Shown: one piece after another, positions 61,064 through 64,000 of the stretch
Layout: every line of letters begins with the position of its first letter
How positions within the stretch are numbered: position 1 is the stretch's first letter
NCBI GenBank assembly: GCA_965207735.1
Contig: OZ242296.1
Location: forward strand, 3,424,001-3,488,000
Length of the DNA: 64,000 bases
Reading direction: 5' to 3'
From: Candidatus Versatilivorator sp.
GTDB taxonomy: Bacteria > Acidobacteriota > Terriglobia > Versatilivoradales > Versatilivoraceae
Notes under the pieces: generated by a model
Told to the model about the DNA's origin: nothing
Seen by the model: only the letters and a program-made list of their open reading frames with translations
Database searches by the model: none
Made by a program: the position numbers and the translations under genes

Positions 61064-63147
61064 CCCATCTTTAACACGGCTTCCAAGTATACGTTTATTA
61101 TCAACAGGTTACAAAAGGCTCAACGCGCAAGTGGCACTACAAACGCGTTGAAACCGGAGATTTTGGAGGAATCAGACGATCATCTTGCGGATCCCTCCAG
61201 GAGAGGGATCGATGCCCAGGGCGTCGTAGATGGCCCTCTGATCGGGTTCGGCCCGTGTGGCCTTGCGGACGTGCAAGGTCCGCCCGTCCTGACGCCGGAA
61301 GGTGACCGTGACCCGCTGCTGTCCTTCCAGGATGCGCCGCAGCGTGGTCCAACTGGAGGCCTCGCCGCGCTGCTTGAGGCGTTTGCGGATGACCTGCACC
61401 AGTTGATAGGCGATGACCGTCAGAAACAGGTGACCTTCCGAGCGCACCGGCTTGTGATGATAGATGGGCCGCAGGCCCAGCTCGGACTTCAGGGAGCGAA
61501 ACACCGCTTCCACGTCGGTCAGAGTCGTGTAGGTACGCCAGAGACTTTCCTCGTCCCAGTCAGTCTGGTTGCTGCGCAGGCAGTAGACCCCCGGATGGGT
61601 GGCCATCGAGCCCTGGCGGGGACGGTGCTTCCATCTCAGCGCTGTCGCCTTGCGGCCGCTCTCGTCGGTGAGGACCTCGATGCTGTAGTGTTGCCCCACC
61701 CCGCGGCTCTGTTCCTTCAGCCGCCCGATCCTCTCCCGGACCTTCTCGACGCCTTTGTGAGTCCGCGGCCGGGAAAGCCCCTCGGAGAGTCGGGTGAGCC
61801 CCTGCTCGAAGCGCCGGCTGAAGCGCTCCACGATGCCCTTCTCCTTCTCAGCCCGCTGCTGTGAGCGGCAGTAGAGACGCACTTCCTGCCCGTCGTCGGA
61901 GATCTCCTTGTGGAGCTGCAGCTCGGCCTTGGAAGCCGTCTCCACCGTCACGGCCGCCTCGGCATCGAACTGCCTCCGGCCCTGGCGGCTGGCCACCAGG
62001 TAGCGATACCCTTCCTCCCTCAACCACTGGATCCGGTCCTCGGTCGCCACCCCCCGATCCATCACCACCAAGGCTCCCCGGGGCGCCTCCAGCGCCTCCA
62101 GCATCCCCTCCAGGGTGCGGGGCTCATCCACCCTACCGGCAAAGACCTCCGAGCGGCGCACAAACCCCGCCCCGTCCAGCACCAACCCCAGCGTCAGCAG
62201 CCGACAGTCGCTGCGCTTGTCCTTCGAGTGGCCCCGCTCGGCCTTGGGCTGATGGCTGGCCGCCCCTTCGAAGAAGGTGTTGGTCAGATCGAACAGGGTG
62301 ACGGTCGGCTCCAGATCGAACAACCCCATGGCCCGGGTGAAGAGGTGACGCTCGATGGCCTCCCGATGCTTCATCAGCGCGTCCGAGGCCCGATACATCT
62401 GCATCAGACTCAGGCTCTCGAAGTCAACCTCCAGCAACTCGCCCAAGCCGCTGCGCCGCCTGAGCCAGCCCCAGGTGGCCCTCTCCGAGCCCGGTCGGGC
62501 CAGACGGCCTACCATGGCCCCCAACGCCGCTGCCCGCATCGGTCCGTTCAGCCCTAACTCGGTCAGCAGATCCCCCAGCCCCAACTGCTCCAGCGCCCAG
62601 CAACCGACCTGCTCCACCCCCACGCTGCGCGGACGTGTCAAGGCCACCGAATCCACCTCGACCGTCTGCAGGTCCTCTGAGGCGGCCTCCCCGCCAACGC
62701 CGGTCACGTCGGCTTCGCCCTCAAGCAAGCGCTGGGCCATGCGTTGGGCTTCCTCCTCCAACGGGGTGGAAGCCACCGGCAAGAGAGGCAACTGACCGGT
62801 GAGGATCTGATCGAGACGGCGGCACAACAAGGGCCAGTCCTCACGGGGGATCGAGAAGTGTCGACCGAGGTTGAGGAGGGTCTGCTGGCGGACCTTGCCA
62901 CTGACGCGATGGGAGCGGACGAGGCGGTGGGTGAAGTAGGTCTGTCCGGAATGGAGGCTGCGGGTCTGGGTGCGTCGGATGAACATGGGAGGGACGCTAC
63001 CAGAGGAGAGAGAGGGGGTCAAGCCCATCCCATACGATTATGGCACTACATTCACCTCCTCAACCAAGAATCAACAACTTACGGGTGGTTTTAGGCTAAA
63101 ATGGGGGTAAAATACCTCAAATCGGCCGTTTCTTTGTTAAAGATGGG
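61064..63147 (-). mobile_element. IS1634-family insertion sequence
   Basis: 13-bp TIR CCCATCTTTAACA/TGTTAAAGATGGG; TTAG direct repeats at 61060-61063 and 63148-63151. Confidence 0.9.
61172..62986 (-). CDS. IS1634 family DDE transposase
   Basis: LFDLTNTFFEG, GHSKDKRSD, VVMDRG, VEAVFRSLKSELGLRPIYH. Confidence 0.93.
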   Translation of the reverse strand: MFIRRTQTRSLHSGQTYFTHRLVRSHRVSGKVRQQTLLNLGRHFSIPREDWPLLCRRLDQILTGQLPLLPVASTPLEEEAQRMAQRLLEGEADVTGVGGEAASEDLQTVEVDSVALTRPRSVGVEQVGCWALEQLGLGDLLTELGLNGPMRAAALGAMVGRLARPGSERATWGWLRRRSGLGELLEVDFESLSLMQMYRASDALMKHREAIERHLFTRAMGLFDLEPTVTLFDLTNTFFEGAASHQPKAERGHSKDKRSDCRLLTLGLVLDGAGFVRRSEVFAGRVDEPRTLEGMLEALEAPRGALVVMDRGVATEDRIQWLREEGYRYLVASRQGRRQFDAEAAVTVETASKAELQLHKEISDDGQEVRLYCRSQQRAEKEKGIVERFSRRFEQGLTRLSEGLSRPRTHKGVEKVRERIGRLKEQSRGVGQHYSIEVLTDESGRKATALRWKHRPRQGSMATHPGVYCLRSNQTDWDEESLWRTYTTLTDVEAVFRSLKSELGLRPIYHHKPVRSEGHLFLTVIAYQLVQVIRKRLKQRGEASSWTTLRRILEGQQRVTVTFRRQDGRTLHVRKATRAEPDQRAIYDALGIDPSPGGIRKMIV

Positions 63148-63151
63148 TTAG

Positions 63152-64000
63152 TCATGTAGAACGATCTACAACGAATGGCTGCCGACCGGCAACTTCGGTC
63201 ATTTGTAGATGTTTCGCCTTGAAAAACTTTATGAGCGCTTGAGCGTACTTGTCCATAGGCTCCAAATCGACGATCACTGATAACTCCTGGCCTGAGCAGG
63301 TCAAAGCCACTCCTGACAACTCAAATTTTTGGTTTACAGTACGTTTGGCTGTAGGTAACAAGACCCAATATCGGCCCTGAAAACTGAAGGGATAACGTAC
63401 CATCTTCGGCCTAGTTTCGTCCGAAAACACCCCGATACACGCCCTGCAGTCAAACCAAGAATTATAATCGGAGATTATGAGCCCATGCTCGTTGAGCACG
63501 TTGAGGTTGCCAAAGTCGAGTCCGTATTCTTGCAGCGCATTGCTTGCTGCATTACTGCCCAATGAAGGAACTCTGGCATCAATGAACTGATTCTCATCCA
63601 GTCTGATTGATACACAGGCAGAGCACAGCGTTCTAAAAAGGGCAGCGGACGCCCGATCAAGATTTTTCAGAATGCTTAGAGTTTTGATGGACGTGCTTCT
63701 GGGCCGTTCAACCTCGCCAGCGAGTACTTTCGCCCAAAGTGTTTGCATCTCGCGCGAAGATACATCTTGTATTTCGCTAAAGAACCGAGCAGTCCAGTCG
63801 TGATCAGGCTCTTGATTCGGGACGTCTTTTCCCCCTAGCTGCGCGGCAGCTTGCCTCACGACCGCTCCAATATTTCCTTGTCTCTTCTCCTCTTGGAATT
63901 GAATTCTCTGGTTCACCGTCTCGGCAATGGTCAACTGTCCCCGTATGGCTGTGTTTGAGGGTGTTAGTCTCTCGCGCGCGTCCGCTTGTGCGATTGCGAT
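63152..64000 (-). CDS. DUF2806 domain protein (5'-truncated by window edge)
   Basis: DWTARFF...VSSREMQTLWAKVLAGE...SIKTLSILKNLD; frame open to the window end; lower GC. Confidence 0.85.
   Translation of the reverse strand: MAIAQADARERLTPSNTAIRGQLTIAETVNQRIQFQEEKRQGNIGAVVRQAAAQLGGKDVPNQEPDHDWTARFFSEIQDVSSREMQTLWAKVLAGEVERPRSTSIKTLSILKNLDRASAALFRTLCSACVSIRLDENQFIDARVPSLGSNAASNALQEYGLDFGNLNVLNEHGLIISDYNSWFDCRACIGVFSDETRPKMVRYPFSFQGRYWVLLPTAKRTVNQKFELSGVALTCSGQELSVIVDLEPMDKYAQALIKFFKAKHLQMTEVAGRQPFVVDRST

Overview
High-GC bacterial chromosomal window. The gene content (Tat-exported GHL10-like hydrolases, BNR sialidase-like proteins, S46 peptidase, TPR/TolB proteins) suggests Acidobacteriota, but that is inference. 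Most of it is housekeeping and catabolic genes (der, surE, queC, cysE, bioA, uxuA, mpg, msrP, two tRNA-Pro), plus an octaheme HAO-like/NapC module. The highlight is a lower-GC insert at ~37.6-40.8 kb carrying a complete type VI-like retron: a promoter with an operator, a structured ncRNA, a 55-aa cationic peptide, an XRE-HTH protein and a retron reverse transcriptase, followed by an AAA ATPase. The peptide's Shine-Dalgarno is base-paired to the 3' end of the putative msd template. The right end is a defence/mobile region: TA modules, type I RM hsdR, an intact IS1634-family element and DUF2806. Also present are three orphan antitoxins, a 116-bp MITE between tandem duplicates, and a dispersed family of periodic inverted-repeat elements that may be miniature GxxExxY-cassette relics.
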